A stretch of 63,775 nucleotides of DNA, the filler included, from Atractiella rhizophila (taxonomy: Eukaryota), in assembly GCA_021432655.1 (NCBI GenBank). It is 4 parts of 4 records of this genome, joined end to end, with 100 filler letters (N's around TTAATTAATTAA, not from the genome) between each part and the next. Parts side by side here need not be neighbours in the genome. Positions count along the whole stretch, not along the records: positions 1 to 27,111 come from MU271748.1; positions 27,212 to 54,290 come from MU271749.1; 2 more parts are not named here. One strand, 5' to 3'. A program made the translations under genes and the position numbers. Each line of letters opens with the position of its first letter. Position 1 is the first letter of the stretch. A model generated the notes under the pieces. That model saw only the letters and a program-made list of their open reading frames with translations. It did no database searches and had not been told where the DNA came from. Below are positions 25,140 to 37,392 of this stretch, piece by piece.

Positions 25140-27007
25140 CTAAAGGGTTCGCACTTTCTTGATTGTGGATGGCGCTGAATCGTCCCAATCCTCCGCGATA
25201 GCGGCCAGAACACCAGATAAATTGGGAGGTGTGGCTGCGGGAGTCGTAGGCATTGTACTGAAAGGTGACATCGGAGGAGAAATAGTCACATTGACTCTCC
25301 TTGCGAGAGCGGAGAGAGGAGATTCAGAGCTGGATGCGGAACCTGAGGTCTGAGAATAGTCCGACGAACTGGCTCTACTGTGAGGGTAGGTTGTATTTCT
25401 CGACGTGAGCCCTTTGAACGGTGCAAACTGTGCGTGCGGCGAAGTCGACTTGTTTCCATCGCGGAGGAAGAGGCGTTGAAAGACATCACGAGCAGTCTCA
25501 AATCCAGAATCCCGTCTCTCGTTCAAGTTCTCGACCTTCGAGCTAAGATGTAGCCTTCAATCAAAACGAGGGTGGGCAAAGACGGACCTTTAACGATCGA
25601 AGCAGCTTCTTGCCGTCCAAATACAATGGAGAATGCGCACTTTTTTTCCGTCCCCTCCTCTCTGGTAAGATATTGCTCTCGATGCTAACTTGAATAGGTA
25701 CGCCAATGACCGTATTCTTCAAGACCAACGTGCATGGTCCAATGGATCCAGGCATACGAGGATGACATCGCGTCTGTGTTGCGTTGCTGCTTTCATGGAC
25801 ATTAGGCTCGAGGTCGCTCGGACGAGGATTCGTAAATGTCATAAATGATTCGATGCATGTTTCATCCTCGTTCTGGCTGGTGAATCTGGTAGGATCTGCA
25901 GAGGAGACGAGGGGTTATCGCATTCGACCGCCCATTCCAGAAGGTGGAGAACACGAATAGTGTAATTGCCGCCTCCAAAAGTATAGCCCATGAANNNNNN
26001 NNNNNNNNNNNNNNNNNNNNNNNNNNNNNNNNNNNNNNNNNNNNNNNNNNNNNNNNNNNNNNNNNNNNNNNNNNNNNNNNNNNNNNNNNNNNNNNNNNNN
26101 NNNNNNNNNNNNNNNNNNNNNNNNNNNNNNNNTATGTGTGCAGAAACTTGTTGATTTCTGCGACTGCCACCGTTTGGCGAGAGAGTACGTCGCCGGTATG
26201 TGATTTTGCTTAAGAAATGCGTAAAAAGCTAGTTTACAAAGTGAAGAAATGATTCATACGAATAGCACCTCCCTATCTCGATTTAGAGCTTGTTTCTACA
26301 ACATAGGGAAGAGTTCTCACAGGTACGAGACGGGTCATGTAAGAAACATGAAACCCTGGCTTCTTGGGAGGTAGGTGGAGTTCAATCTCGGCTGAATCAT
26401 CTGAGACAGGAGACTCGGGCCTCGAATTAGGCCACTGGAATTCAGCTTCAAGTTTAGGCGTGGAATGCGTCTCTCGAGACAGTGACGAGTTTGACCATCG
26501 ATCCCGAGCTTGATTTTGGAAGGGTGAGAATGTAGGCGATCGTAATGCAGATTGGGATGCGAACGAGGACGCCCTGGAATGCGTTGTAGATGATGGCGGT
26601 GAAGATGTTGATGAATATCTTGGGCGAGTGATACCCATCTTTTTCAGTGATGACTGTCGTGAAGGATGACGGCTGGAGGTTTGCTTACCAAGTGTAACAA
26701 TAAGCATGTGGTGAGGGCTTGGGGGCAGACTGGCTGGGGCACTCACATTGGTCGAGGGCGATGAACTCGAGGAGCGCTGGTGTCGCCTACTCGGCAGGGA
26801 TGATCGGTCTGAACTTATGGATTGCGAAGTAATAGTCGAAGAAGAGCTATTTCTTGTCATTCTGAGCGAAGGAGATCCATCGGAGCTGCTAGGAAGGTAG
26901 GAGGGCTCATGGGATGATAACTCCAGCTTCCGCTGTTTCGAGTGGGAAGTTCTGCGGGAATTATATTGTGGTGGGTATGGGAGCTTTGTCAGGGTCCATC
27001 CAAGCAA
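25140..27007 (-). CDS. Hypothetical Ser-rich protein spanning an N gap
   Basis: Collinear minus-strand Ser/Pro-rich ORFs (26273-27007, 25862-26170, 25140-25526) with intron-like gaps. No family recognised. Confidence 0.4.
25995..26132. other. Assembly gap (138 N)
   Basis: Run of N with no linker. Confidence 0.99.
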
Positions 27008-27111
27008 ATGTAAGGAAGTTCTATATATTTACGTGTCAGACATTGCCAAATCATGGCTCGAGCAAACAAACAAACCGATAGAGAGCCGCGTCCACAGGAA
27101 TAAGCGGGTCG

Positions 27112-27211
27112 NNNNNNNNNNNNNNNNNNNNNNNNNNNNNNNNNNNNNNNNNNNNTTAATTAATTAANNNNNNNNNNNNNNNNNNNNNNNNNNNNNNNNN
27201 NNNNNNNNNNN
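27112..27211. other. Artificial contig spacer N44-TTAATTAATTAA-N44
   Basis: Exactly 100 nt with a six-frame stop core, identical to the two other spacers. Confidence 0.97.
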
Positions 27212-29032
27212 TCATTCCGTGTACCTTCTGTTGGTGGTTCTGTTTTCGTTTCCAAGCCTCCTTCCGTGTCATTCGCAGGTCGGGGACTGGCAGCCCGTCA
27301 CGATCCGTGTGGCACAGCTCGTCTCTGAACTCAACATTGCAGCAGGAGAACTTCGTGCAACATAGCTACCGCTCTACTCCGTCAAGGACGGGTGTGCAAT
27401 TACCGTCGCTGGTCGCTGAGGACTTTGTACTACCAGTATATCTCAGTATCGGTAGCGATGCCTTCACTCCTCCCCAGTACCACCAGGATGACAGGCAAGA
27501 AGCGATTGCATTGATAGGGGAGATGGATGGTCCGAGCAGGTCCGAGACTGATCGCGCCAAAGCCAGGCATTTGAGGGGGATTGACTCACTTCTGCCTACT
27601 ATTTGCTGTATAACGGGGATCAACTAGCAAACATTGGTCGTTAGCATGGTCACTTGGCCTGTAATAGAAGCTAAATAATCAGCTGCTTCGCGCCGTGAAT
27701 GTAGACATTCGTTTTTTTTTGTGTGGCCATTCGCTTGGGATTTAGGAGTCAGGAAGGCCATCACTTGAGCCGACGTGCCATGTATTTCGAAGTCCTCAGA
27801 GCTGTAAAGCCGTTGTTAAACGAATTGGCACACGATGGCCGGCCGAACAATGCTTTGCGAACCTAGCAAACAGCCTAGTGTGATGAAAAAACATTACTTC
27901 GATCAGACGGAAGCCAACATGGTTGTCCTCAACAACCACTGAATGGTATCCAGCATATGCTCTATGATATCTAGGGCAGAAGAACTTAGAATGCAATGCA
28001 CACTGCTCTGTCAATATCGGTTAGAGTCATCATCCCTTCATGATTGAGAGTGAAATAAAAGCACGCGATGGTGGAAAGCGAGGAAGGAACACAAGATCCA
28101 GATCCATACTGTGGGGAGCACGGAACACATTGGTAAATGTCAACAAGAAACCAATTATTCGATAGTGAGATCTTCTCGCTTCCGACTGAAAAGTGTTAAA
28201 TGAACGGAAAGGGCTCGAGGAGAACAAAGACGACATTGTGTACTACTTCTCCGAATCCCTCACGCGCCTAATCACAGAGACTGCACTTCTTGACCTTCTT
28301 ATGGCGGGAGATCCTTTAGCAAGCACCTACGATGTTCGAATCTCCTTTCCTCCTCTCACCGTTACGCGCTGTTGGGTGGGAGAAAAAGAAATTGACCCCA
28401 CGAACTCTTTCAATAGCTGGCTATTGGGACAGAGTTGCGTTGGAGTTTGCCGCTTTGGTAATTTACTTCCCATCCATAGACAAAGCTCATTGCTCCTCCA
28501 GCGGTAACAAACAAGAAAAGACCAGCTACGATCAAGGAACATTTTATCAGCTGCAGGACGAGGAAACAGATGAATTCAGGGAAATATGACCCTCTTGCAC
28601 ACTTATGCAGAATGATGAAAGAAGCTGGGGGTAGTCGATAGCGACTGTCCAGGAGGACAACCATCTGTTTATCTAGGTTTTTCTGTCTGTGTGTTAGTAG
28701 CATTCTGTGATATGATCATCCTATCTTAGAAAAGTCGTCTCTCTCGTTTATGATGTGCCACCTCACTCTCGCGCATTCGCCTGTGTGAGTGGATGTCGGA
28801 AACCCTGCTTGGGAGGTTACCTCCCTATGACTACAGAACTACACGAAGCATCGTGTTCTGCCGAGTAAGACGAGTTCTACAACATTATGCTAAGAGAGCG
28901 AAGATTGTCTATTCCACTAAATGGTACGCCGAGAATTCGTATCTAACTGGAAACCACTCCTGTTCGATATTGCAATTACCACAAAAACCAATATCAACTA
29001 TGAAAGGGCTTACAGGCACTGTTGATCCACCC

Positions 29033-29209
29033 TCAAGACCCAATACAACGCTTCACTTTGGTTCCCTCCCATGGGCAGTATATCGGACCCTCCGTTGGGC
29101 TTGGCTTGGGTTTGGCTAATCTGCTTGTCGGAAGCTCAAGATCTTGAGGAGCAGGGAGAGCCGCCACGACTATAAGGAGGGGAAAGAGAAAAGCGAGAAG
29201 CTGCATCAT
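29033..29209 (-). CDS. Small secreted peptide precursor 1 (58 aa)
   Basis: MMQLLAFLFPLLIVVAALP signal peptide-like start; C-terminus PIYCPWEGTKVKRCIGS*; paralog at 30069; predicted 5'UTR intron 29263-29210. Confidence 0.8.
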   Translation of the reverse strand: MMQLLAFLFPLLIVVAALPAPQDLELPTSRLAKPKPSPTEGPIYCPWEGTKVKRCIGS

Positions 29210-30068
29210 CTTCGTATATGGCAAGATCAGCCTCGCAAAGAGAACGAGAGTGGTATGGCTCACAAAAGCTCAGCGCAGAGAGGATGAAGGGCTTCCTGTG
29301 GTGCTGACGGTAAGGGTAATAAATACCAGGAACACTTGCTCGTCCTTTTAACTGTACATTTTCCCAAACCTTTCCTAACGTTTGTGGGTCTCTGACTCCG
29401 GAACAACTGTACGGGCAACAAGGGCCAAGCCACATCCAAGAGAAATTATCTCCTGTGCTGGACAATGCTATTGAATTCCTTCGGGAAGGCCGAATGCGAA
29501 TTGTGGAACACAAGGCAGTTATTCCGAACTCGGTATCATCCCATCAAAAGCAAACAATGAGCCAATATCAACATCCGATGTTGGGACACAACTCAAACAG
29601 ATATGTCAATGATACCCAAAAGCTCTGAGCGGTAGAATTCAACGTAGCAAAGGTGGCAGCAACCTTATTCGCTTTCGTCTCCAACGCAAAGAGAAACAGA
29701 ATGGATGCAAGGATGAGCTCTCTCATCTGGGTCAGTCACGAGAATGTTCGATGAGTCATATTGTTTTCTTCCTTGAGACAGTACAGAGAACGCGTTATCT
29801 AAGAATTCACTGCTACGGCACCACCTGATAGAACAATTACAAGTTGTACTCCTAGCAAATGAAGCTATTGCGAAAACTGAGCCAGAACAAACGAAGAACC
29901 GCATGACGAGAATGAAGAGAGTGACAATGACAATGGTCCGTTCCACTGCTCCGCGAATGTCAAAGAGTGGAAAGGGGCTTGGGCTTCATCCGAGCAGGAT
30001 AGGCACTTGTCCATGAGAGTTAGCAAACATTTTGATCTTGACAGAAATCTGTACATGTGCGAAGCTCC

Positions 30069-30254
30069 TCAAGAGCCAATGCAGCGCTTCGCCTTAGTCC
30101 CGTCCCATGGGCAATACTTGGGACGGTTGGTGAAGAGCGGTGTCGTCGTAGTGGCAGTAGCGGAGGTAGTAGTGGAGGTAGTAACGGCTGCCTTAGCAGT
30201 TGGCAAAGCTGCGCCAAATGCGACGAGGAAAGAGAGAAGAGCGACGACTTTCAT
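30069..30254 (-). CDS. Small secreted peptide precursor 2 (61 aa)
   Basis: MKVVALLSFLVAFGAALP signal peptide-like start; Thr-rich linker; C-terminus PKYCPWDGTKAKRCIGS*; predicted 5'UTR intron 30323-30258. Confidence 0.8.
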   Translation of the reverse strand: MKVVALLSFLVAFGAALPTAKAAVTTSTTTSATATTTTPLFTNRPKYCPWDGTKAKRCIGS

Positions 30255-32669
30255 GAGCTTCACGCAGAGAAACACGTATCAGGCTTTTCGGCTCTGAAAG
30301 AGAGAAGACAATCAACGGCTCACGAAAGCTGCAAACAATGCTATGGATTACTCAGGATGACGAAGCGTTGAGCAAGGGAGTGCTATCTGCGAAGGAGGTG
30401 CCTCTTTTAAGGCAATTTGCAACGTTGGTGGGTCTTCATGAAAAAAGAGCGGACCTGAGCTCTCCGCAGACGACAAAAACATCCCGCATTCAATTGTCTC
30501 TCAGTCCACCGCACTGCCTCCCTCCTGTTCGCTGCCATAAATAGTGAGGGAGGAAGGAAAGTCCAAAACTTTATTCGCTAATGACCAGGATTTACATGCA
30601 AACATGGATAGATCTGCCACGGCACGGCGTAACCGAATTATTGAACATATTGAATGCCAGATTGAACAGTCCACGCACCGCGCACACGAGAGACCCTGCA
30701 TTCCAACCGATAATGCTCACGTTTGTCAGCAGATGCTGCGGTTTAACACCAATCCCCAAACAACTCCTGCATATTCTTCACCTGCAAGGACGTCGATACC
30801 ATGACACTACGGTTTGAATGAAATGAAAGGAATGAAAGGAAGATTTTGAGGTTGTTCAAACCGTCTCATCATCCCGTGCCACGGAGTAAAAATAAGGTTT
30901 GGCCTCTGGCCATAAAACTAGGCTTAAAGAGAAACTCTCGATCTCAACAAATTCGAAAGGGCAGGTTTGTCTAGATATTCTGGATGGTATCTTTATGTAT
31001 CAGGAAGACCAGAATGAAATCTGGGAAGACACAGTGTCCACCAAATCAGCATTGCTACTTTCAACCCTGTCTCTGAATCCGAGTGTTAATTCGTGCTCTT
31101 CGAGCTGTTCCTATTTCACGCCGGTGTCTGATTATTGTCAGAACAGTTTAACTTCACGCATCAACACAGTCAACCACGCAGAGGAATGTCGCTTGTCGGT
31201 TGGATGGCATTTTTGGGTGCCACCAGTAATCCGAGAAATATTTCATTCCGTCATCCCGGTCAGCCTGCTTTGGATTTTGCTTTCTCCCTCCGCTACTGTA
31301 TTTACCTACAGATGCTCTAAGAGCTCACGGCTAAAATCAATCGCTTGAGTCCAAGTTGGTTTTACAACTCTGAGTTTAGACGAGCCTGCGCAATCTCCAA
31401 AAGGAAAAAAGCTTACATTAAGCTACCAAGCTTCTACCCTTGCGACAAATCTTTGACCCAGTCTTCCACTTCAGAAGTCTGGCAAAAGCGCGCTAGTTGT
31501 AGCGTTCTCTAGTTAGCCTTCAGCAACTAAACCTCCTCACCTGTGAGAGACCTGAACCAAACTTTCGTGTATTCCGATTGTAGAGGAGAAGAGACTGTCT
31601 TGAGGAAGAGTCGGGTAGGCTGGATCCGAGAGGAAGCATGAGGTCGGCAGAGTGAAACAGTCTTCAGAACCTCTTCATTTTTTGGGTACTCACGTGTGTT
31701 TTCCTTCATGGGAACTCCCCTTTGCATTGGTGTGTGTCATCCAGTGGCCTGTGTGAGCACGTCTATGTCTGTGTAGATTCGGCCGGCGCAAAAACCAGGC
31801 ATTCCACAGCCCAACCCATCCAAAGTCTGCAGGCAGCTGCAAATGTAGCCTTGTAGTAGACTTATCGCGGTAGAGTCATTAAATGCTTTCAACATTCATT
31901 TCAGGTGTGTTCAGCCTAGCATTCGTGATACTGCTTGAATGAGACTCCGTCTTACTTGGGAAGCTGTGATGCTTGTTATGTCGCACGAGAGTGTCACGTC
32001 CTGCCTTCTTCCAGGTCAACTGCAGTTCATGTTTTTGTTCATCTCACGAGAGCACCGATCTAACAGGGTCACGACAGTGGGCCTCGGCTCGTTCTCCGAC
32101 CTTTGAATGGGAGTTGGAGAATCCAGCTTCGGCTTCAAGCCGTTTGGATAACCTTCCAACATTCTCCTAGATTCTCCACAGATATGAATGTCAGAACTTT
32201 GGGCGGGGCTTCCTCTTCTCCCCTCTAGTCTTCTGCCGGTGTCGTCCCCTTCTTGTCGCTGTCTCTAGTCTGCAGGCTCAAAGCCGCTTACTCTTGTACT
32301 GCCCAACCTAATCTCCGCACGCCAGCAAATCTTGGGTGACTTCTTTTCGTGATTCTCACGCTCACCACTTATAAAAGCCAGACCGGGCGAGACCGTTGCA
32401 CTTCCCCTCAAAGTCAACGGACAGCAGATTACAGCACTCGCCTCAACGGCTCTCATCGTCAATCTTTCACCCTAAAGGACCTCCGCCCATCTGATCTGCT
32501 CACTGTGGCGAACTGGGACATTCAGATCGGTGGAGCTGTTGACGGACTTCTTCAATAAGGTCAAGCAAGCTCTGCACAGGGACACCACCGGCTACAAATA
32601 ACTCTCATTCCCCTTTGTTCTCCAGCGCCAACCTCCTCGATAATCCTTGCAGCGAAATTCATTGACGGT

Positions 32670-34515
32670 ATGAGTTCTGCCACAGACTCGCCTAGGCTGG
32701 AAGAAAAGGGTGGGATGATCGTGAGTATTAGGATCCTTGGGAGATCCCCCGCACTAGCTTTTTGACTGACCAACGCCATCTAGGCTGTTGCAGTGGCTGC
32801 TACAATATCAGCGGTAGCCTGCAGCTCTTTATCTCTCTACATCGCTTTCCTCTTCTACCAAGTCAAGCGCTCGGAAAACAAACGATGGGCTCCTGAAGTC
32901 CAGCTGAGGACGAAGTTTTTACGGACGCAGTCGGTTCCTCTTCCTTCTTTAGCACACTTGACATCTAAGCTGTGCTGCTCCAGGTTTGGACTCTTGTTTA
33001 TGAATCTTTTGCTTGCAGACCTTATCCAATCAATAGGTAGGCGATAGGGGAATTGTAAGATTTATCTCAGTGATGGCATAGGTTTTGCTCTCAATTTTCA
33101 TTGGGTCGCACAAGTTGGCTACATAGACGAAACCGATTCCACCTGCCAAACACAAGCAGTTGGTGAGCACCAGTTAGCTCAACGCACGAATATCTCTAAT
33201 TGAACTTTTTACAGCGATCGAAGTTGGAGATGTCGCGTCAGCACTCTTTGCGCTTGCAATCTCTGCCCACACGGCTTGCATTCTTGCCTTTCGTTACAAG
33301 CCACCAAAGTGGTCTGTTTGGGTCGTAATAGCGAGTATATGGGCTCTCGTCATCACTCTCACTGTCAGCTCCCGCATCCCCCTTGAAGGCGTCAGCTCAT
33401 TGGCCTATAGGTTATTGGACCCGAGGCACTGGAAAGAAGCAAGGATGGACAGTTTTGTGAGTTGCCTCTATATCAATGTTGATCGACTGAAGAAGGTGGT
33501 AGATGGTAACGCTGGTGCCTGGTGCTGGATAGCCCCCGCTTACCAAGATGAGCGATTGTATTTGCACTACCTCTTCGTCTTTATCAGCAGTGCGTCTTTC
33601 TTCTACTACTCTGATCTATAACTAATACGGGCAAAGTGTTTGGGAGTTTTACTCTTTATACGCTCTGCGGTCTTGCCCTTAAACAAATATGGCCTTTCAA
33701 TCGCGAGCTTGCTATTATCCAACGTCCACCGTCGGTTTCTGGCACGCAGTCCAGCGGGAGCTCTGGAAACCAACGTGGGAGTAGACAAGACACCGTCCAA
33801 ATGAGGGATCTCCCGAGCTTTGCGAGATTGGAGAAAATGGCACGAACGATGATTTTTTACCCCATAGTTTTCAGCTCCCTGGTTCTCCCTTTGAGTGTTT
33901 ATCGACTGGCGGTGATGAACGGTCATAAGGTACGCCCTACTTTGACTGTAAGGCGATTTTGCCATTGATAGACCGACTGCAGTGGAGTCTAAAAGCGTTA
34001 TGTGCAGCTGGCTTTTTATACACGACCTGTGGTGTTGCGTGCGTTTCATTGACTTTGCGTTTTCAACCTCAGGCTAACCCTACATCCTACAGAGATGTGA
34101 TTATCTTTTCCTTGACGTGCGTCCTGCCTCGACCACCTTCCAAGCTTGAGCTAAAATGTAACCGTTCTTTAGGCGCAACATCATAGAAGTCAAACGGCAC
34201 CGGAAGTCAGGCTCGTTAGGCAGTGGCAATAACCGAAGCGGAATCCACGTTCATCGAATCCAAACAACTTTCATTGATATGCCAAATGCAGAAGATGATC
34301 TCAAATCACCTCGTTCACCGAGAAGCTGGAAACATGATTCATCGCCAGATAGCTGGAAACACGATTCATTGGATCCCGACCAACAATTCGTACTTCAAGA
34401 AGGTGGGACGTCGCCGACAAGTCGGGATCATCCAGAGATGACACCGTCGAACCCTACGCCTCTGATGCCTGTTTACCTTCCACCACACTATATAACTCGA
34501 CCTTGTCCAGATTGA
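32670..34515 (+). CDS. Git3/Gpr1-type G protein-coupled receptor (7TM, many introns)
   Basis: Spliced exons give NLLLADLIQSIG, TCQTQAV..EVGDVASALFALAISAHT, GNAGAWCWI, RLYLHYLFVF, MIFYPIVF..LVLPLSVYRL and DVIIFSLT. These are hallmarks of fungal Git3/cAMP-receptor-like GPCRs. Confidence 0.85.
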
Positions 34516-36162
34516 TGTCCTCACATTGTGAGGCGGCGTGCTTTAGGTATTCGCGCTGTTGAAGGAAACCTAAGTTGTCAACTTTTTTGTTGCAGAAGTC
34601 TTTCGTTCATCTTGCAATTAGTACTTTCGTCAGTACGCTCCTTCTCGATTTCATTCACAACCCAAATGTTGTAACAGCGATAGTGCACAAAAATCATAAA
34701 CTACTAGACGCGAACCTGTAGGTCTGACTTGCCCTATGCACAATCCGGGAGAATTACGCATCTGAAAGAGCCACCGAAAGGTCTCAGAGATGCTGATCAA
34801 AATTGACATGCATTGTCCGATCTCAAGCAAATCGAGAGTATGAAACGTCCACCAAATGTCTATTCCTCCCAGTTGCTGTACCATTCCATCTAAACGCTTT
34901 GCAACTGAACACAGACTACATTTCTTTCATCCTCATGCTCTTATCGTTCGGGAGGTACCTAAAACGTCCCAAATGAGCATCATACGTGGTGTGAAAGAAA
35001 CAATATGAGCGCCCTCACCTCTAGGGATGCACGAGGAAGCGTCCGTAAACGCAGACAAGGATAGGAAGTGTTTGAAAGATGTTAACTAGGTATTGAGGCA
35101 TGAAAGGGAACTGTCGCCAAGCAGTAGGTAAGATGCTACTTAAAGTGACATAACTGGTTGATATCTTCGTCGCTGGACATATCCAAATGTCGGATTAGCG
35201 CTCATATGCAGATATTAATGAATCTAGAGGAAATAAGTAGACAACTCTCTCACTTATAAACTAAATGTCAATCAAAAACGGGAAGAGGTGCTTCCGCCAA
35301 CTCCGCCCACACAGCAGGTTGGATGGGAGGGTAAACAATACGTTCAATTTACATCATATAATTAGGGTGCTAGAGTGAATACATCCCTTTTTGCAACCCC
35401 TTGCCTGTTCCTGTCAGACTGCCAATGTTTGACCACGAAGAGAGGGAATCGACGCTGAGTAAAATGGCACTTTTAACGATAAAACAGTGATAAATAGCTT
35501 GAACCTAAGTGTTGGCGCGCGTACAGTCAAAAGAAGTGGGCTGGAGGACACATTTTATAGACAGCTGTGACAATCGACGTGGATTCATAAAATAATCCTT
35601 ACAAATTACTAGTAGGTTGGGTTCCATTTGGCCCTGTTGGGCATTCATGTTTGTAAAGTATTTGGTCTACATCTTTCGTATCGATATGATTGCTTCCTAA
35701 GAGGATTCAACATCAATATAATGTCCAAGGCACCTGCACAGTGCAGACAGTCTCCAAGTGCTTTCGTACGCCGGTATGAACAAGACTCTCCTAATCACCC
35801 GCTTTCTAGCGTGTTTCTCGAGGCACTCAAGCAAGGTACACTCTTTGGGCTCTTTTAACACTTAAACGACCCATTGCTGCTCATGCTGATCTGTTAAATC
35901 CTGATGAAGAACGCACCATTTGTCACTCATCCGTTCAAGGCACCTAGGCCTTTTTTTGACATGCATTGATGCTTCACATTCTCCTCCTCTCTCTTCTTAT
36001 AGCTTAAGTCTCTCTTCCTCATTTTCAGTGTAGAAAACCTCGTTGTAGCACTCGTGGACCTGACAGTCAAGCCATTTTCCGGCCACCAAAAAGTTTCCCC
36101 CACACCACCTCACAGACAACCACACGTATAATTTCGCTCTGTTGAGCCTAAAACATCGCATA

Positions 36163-37392
36163 ATGTCGCGTCGCGCCTCCACCTCTCTTCTTCGGCCATT
36201 TCTAGCTCAAAAGCGTACATTTTACGCTCCAAATCCTTCCCCAACACCACTCCCACAACCGCCAGCTGAGTTCGCGCTGTACAAGCTTTCACTGGATGTC
36301 ATCAAGGCGGACCAAGAAAAGAAACGAGCTCAGATCGCTGAGCTACGGAAATTGAAAGGGAAGGAGCCTGGGGAACTGAAGGAGATTGAGCAGACTATTG
36401 AGTTTTTGGAGGTTGAGAGTGAGGTGAATGATCCTGAGGTGAGGTGGAAGTTCAGAAATGGACTGGGTGCGTTTACCTTTTTGCTTCTCTATGCAAATAG
36501 CGGTGTTGAGTGCCTTGAAATGGTATAGTGGATTGGAATAAACCCGTATACCGGCATCTTGCAGAACTCGCCTGGCGACAGAATGGACCATTATCTCGGC
36601 TGGTGCGTCTCCATGTCTTCCTTCTTCCCATATTTTTCATTACTCATTGAGTGCAGATGCAACGCATAACGACAATGTCACTTCTACCCGATCTTCTGCC
36701 TACGGATTTCGTCCCTTCTGCAGACCTGTCCATTCGTTTGGCGGACGAGAAGGGTCAGCTTACAGAGGTTGCACCAGGCACTTTCCTGCCCATCAGTGCC
36801 ACCATAGACGCTCCAGTGATCAACGTCATGCCTTTTGGAACGAAGGAAGAGCTATATACTCTTCTCATCGTTGATGCAGACTACCCACATCCGGAAGAAG
36901 ATACATTTAGGTGCTTTTTGCATCAAGCTGTGTATGTTTTGCTTTCAAGTCAAGTAGTATTGAGCTTAGTATGATTCATGACACAGGTATAATCTCCCTC
37001 TTTCGATACACACAACAGACGTCGACCTCTCTGCTCCTCCGTCTTCATCTTCAGCCGTCACACACTTTTCCTACCTGCCTCCGCACGCGCAAGAAGGTAC
37101 ACCGTATCACCGTATAACCTACCTCCTTCTGCGCCAGTCCTCTCCCATATCCAAAGACGACAATCCCCTCCCAGCGACTCGTGCACAACCGCAAACGTTT
37201 GTGCGCGAGCTCATTTCCCAACATGGGATGGAGGCAGTGGGAATGTCTTTCTTCCGTCAAACTCATCCGGAGGTCAAGGATGAGGAAGGATGGAAGAAGG
37301 CTCTGGAGGTTTACGAGAAATTGCAAGGAGAGAAAGAGGTCATTATACAGAAATTCGGATGGGTTAAGCCGGAGAAGAAGAGGAAGAATTGA
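36163..37392 (+). CDS. MRPL35: Mitochondrial ribosomal protein mL38 (PEBP domain)
   Basis: Presequence-like MSRRASTSLLRPF, then SEVNDPEVRWKF, PVYRHL, MQRITTM..LPDLLP, YTLLIVDADYP and YLPPHAQEGTPYHRY. Confidence 0.88.

Noticed and set aside
27156..27167. TTAATTAATTAA as a biological repeat or CRISPR-like element
   Set aside because: It is always centred in exactly 44+44 N, so it is a synthetic assembly linker. No CRISPR array was seen anywhere in the window.
29036..30120. Peptides as RALF mimics (C-x3-G-x5-C spacing resembles the first RALF loop)
   Set aside because: There is no YISY-like motif and no second RGC-x5-C loop; spacing alone is too weak.
29033..30254. Peptides as CaaX lipopeptide mating pheromones (they end in CIGS)
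   Set aside because: They have ER signal peptides, a second conserved Cys, and Gly at the a2 position. Prenylated pheromones lack signal peptides, and the neighbouring GPCR is not Ste3-like.
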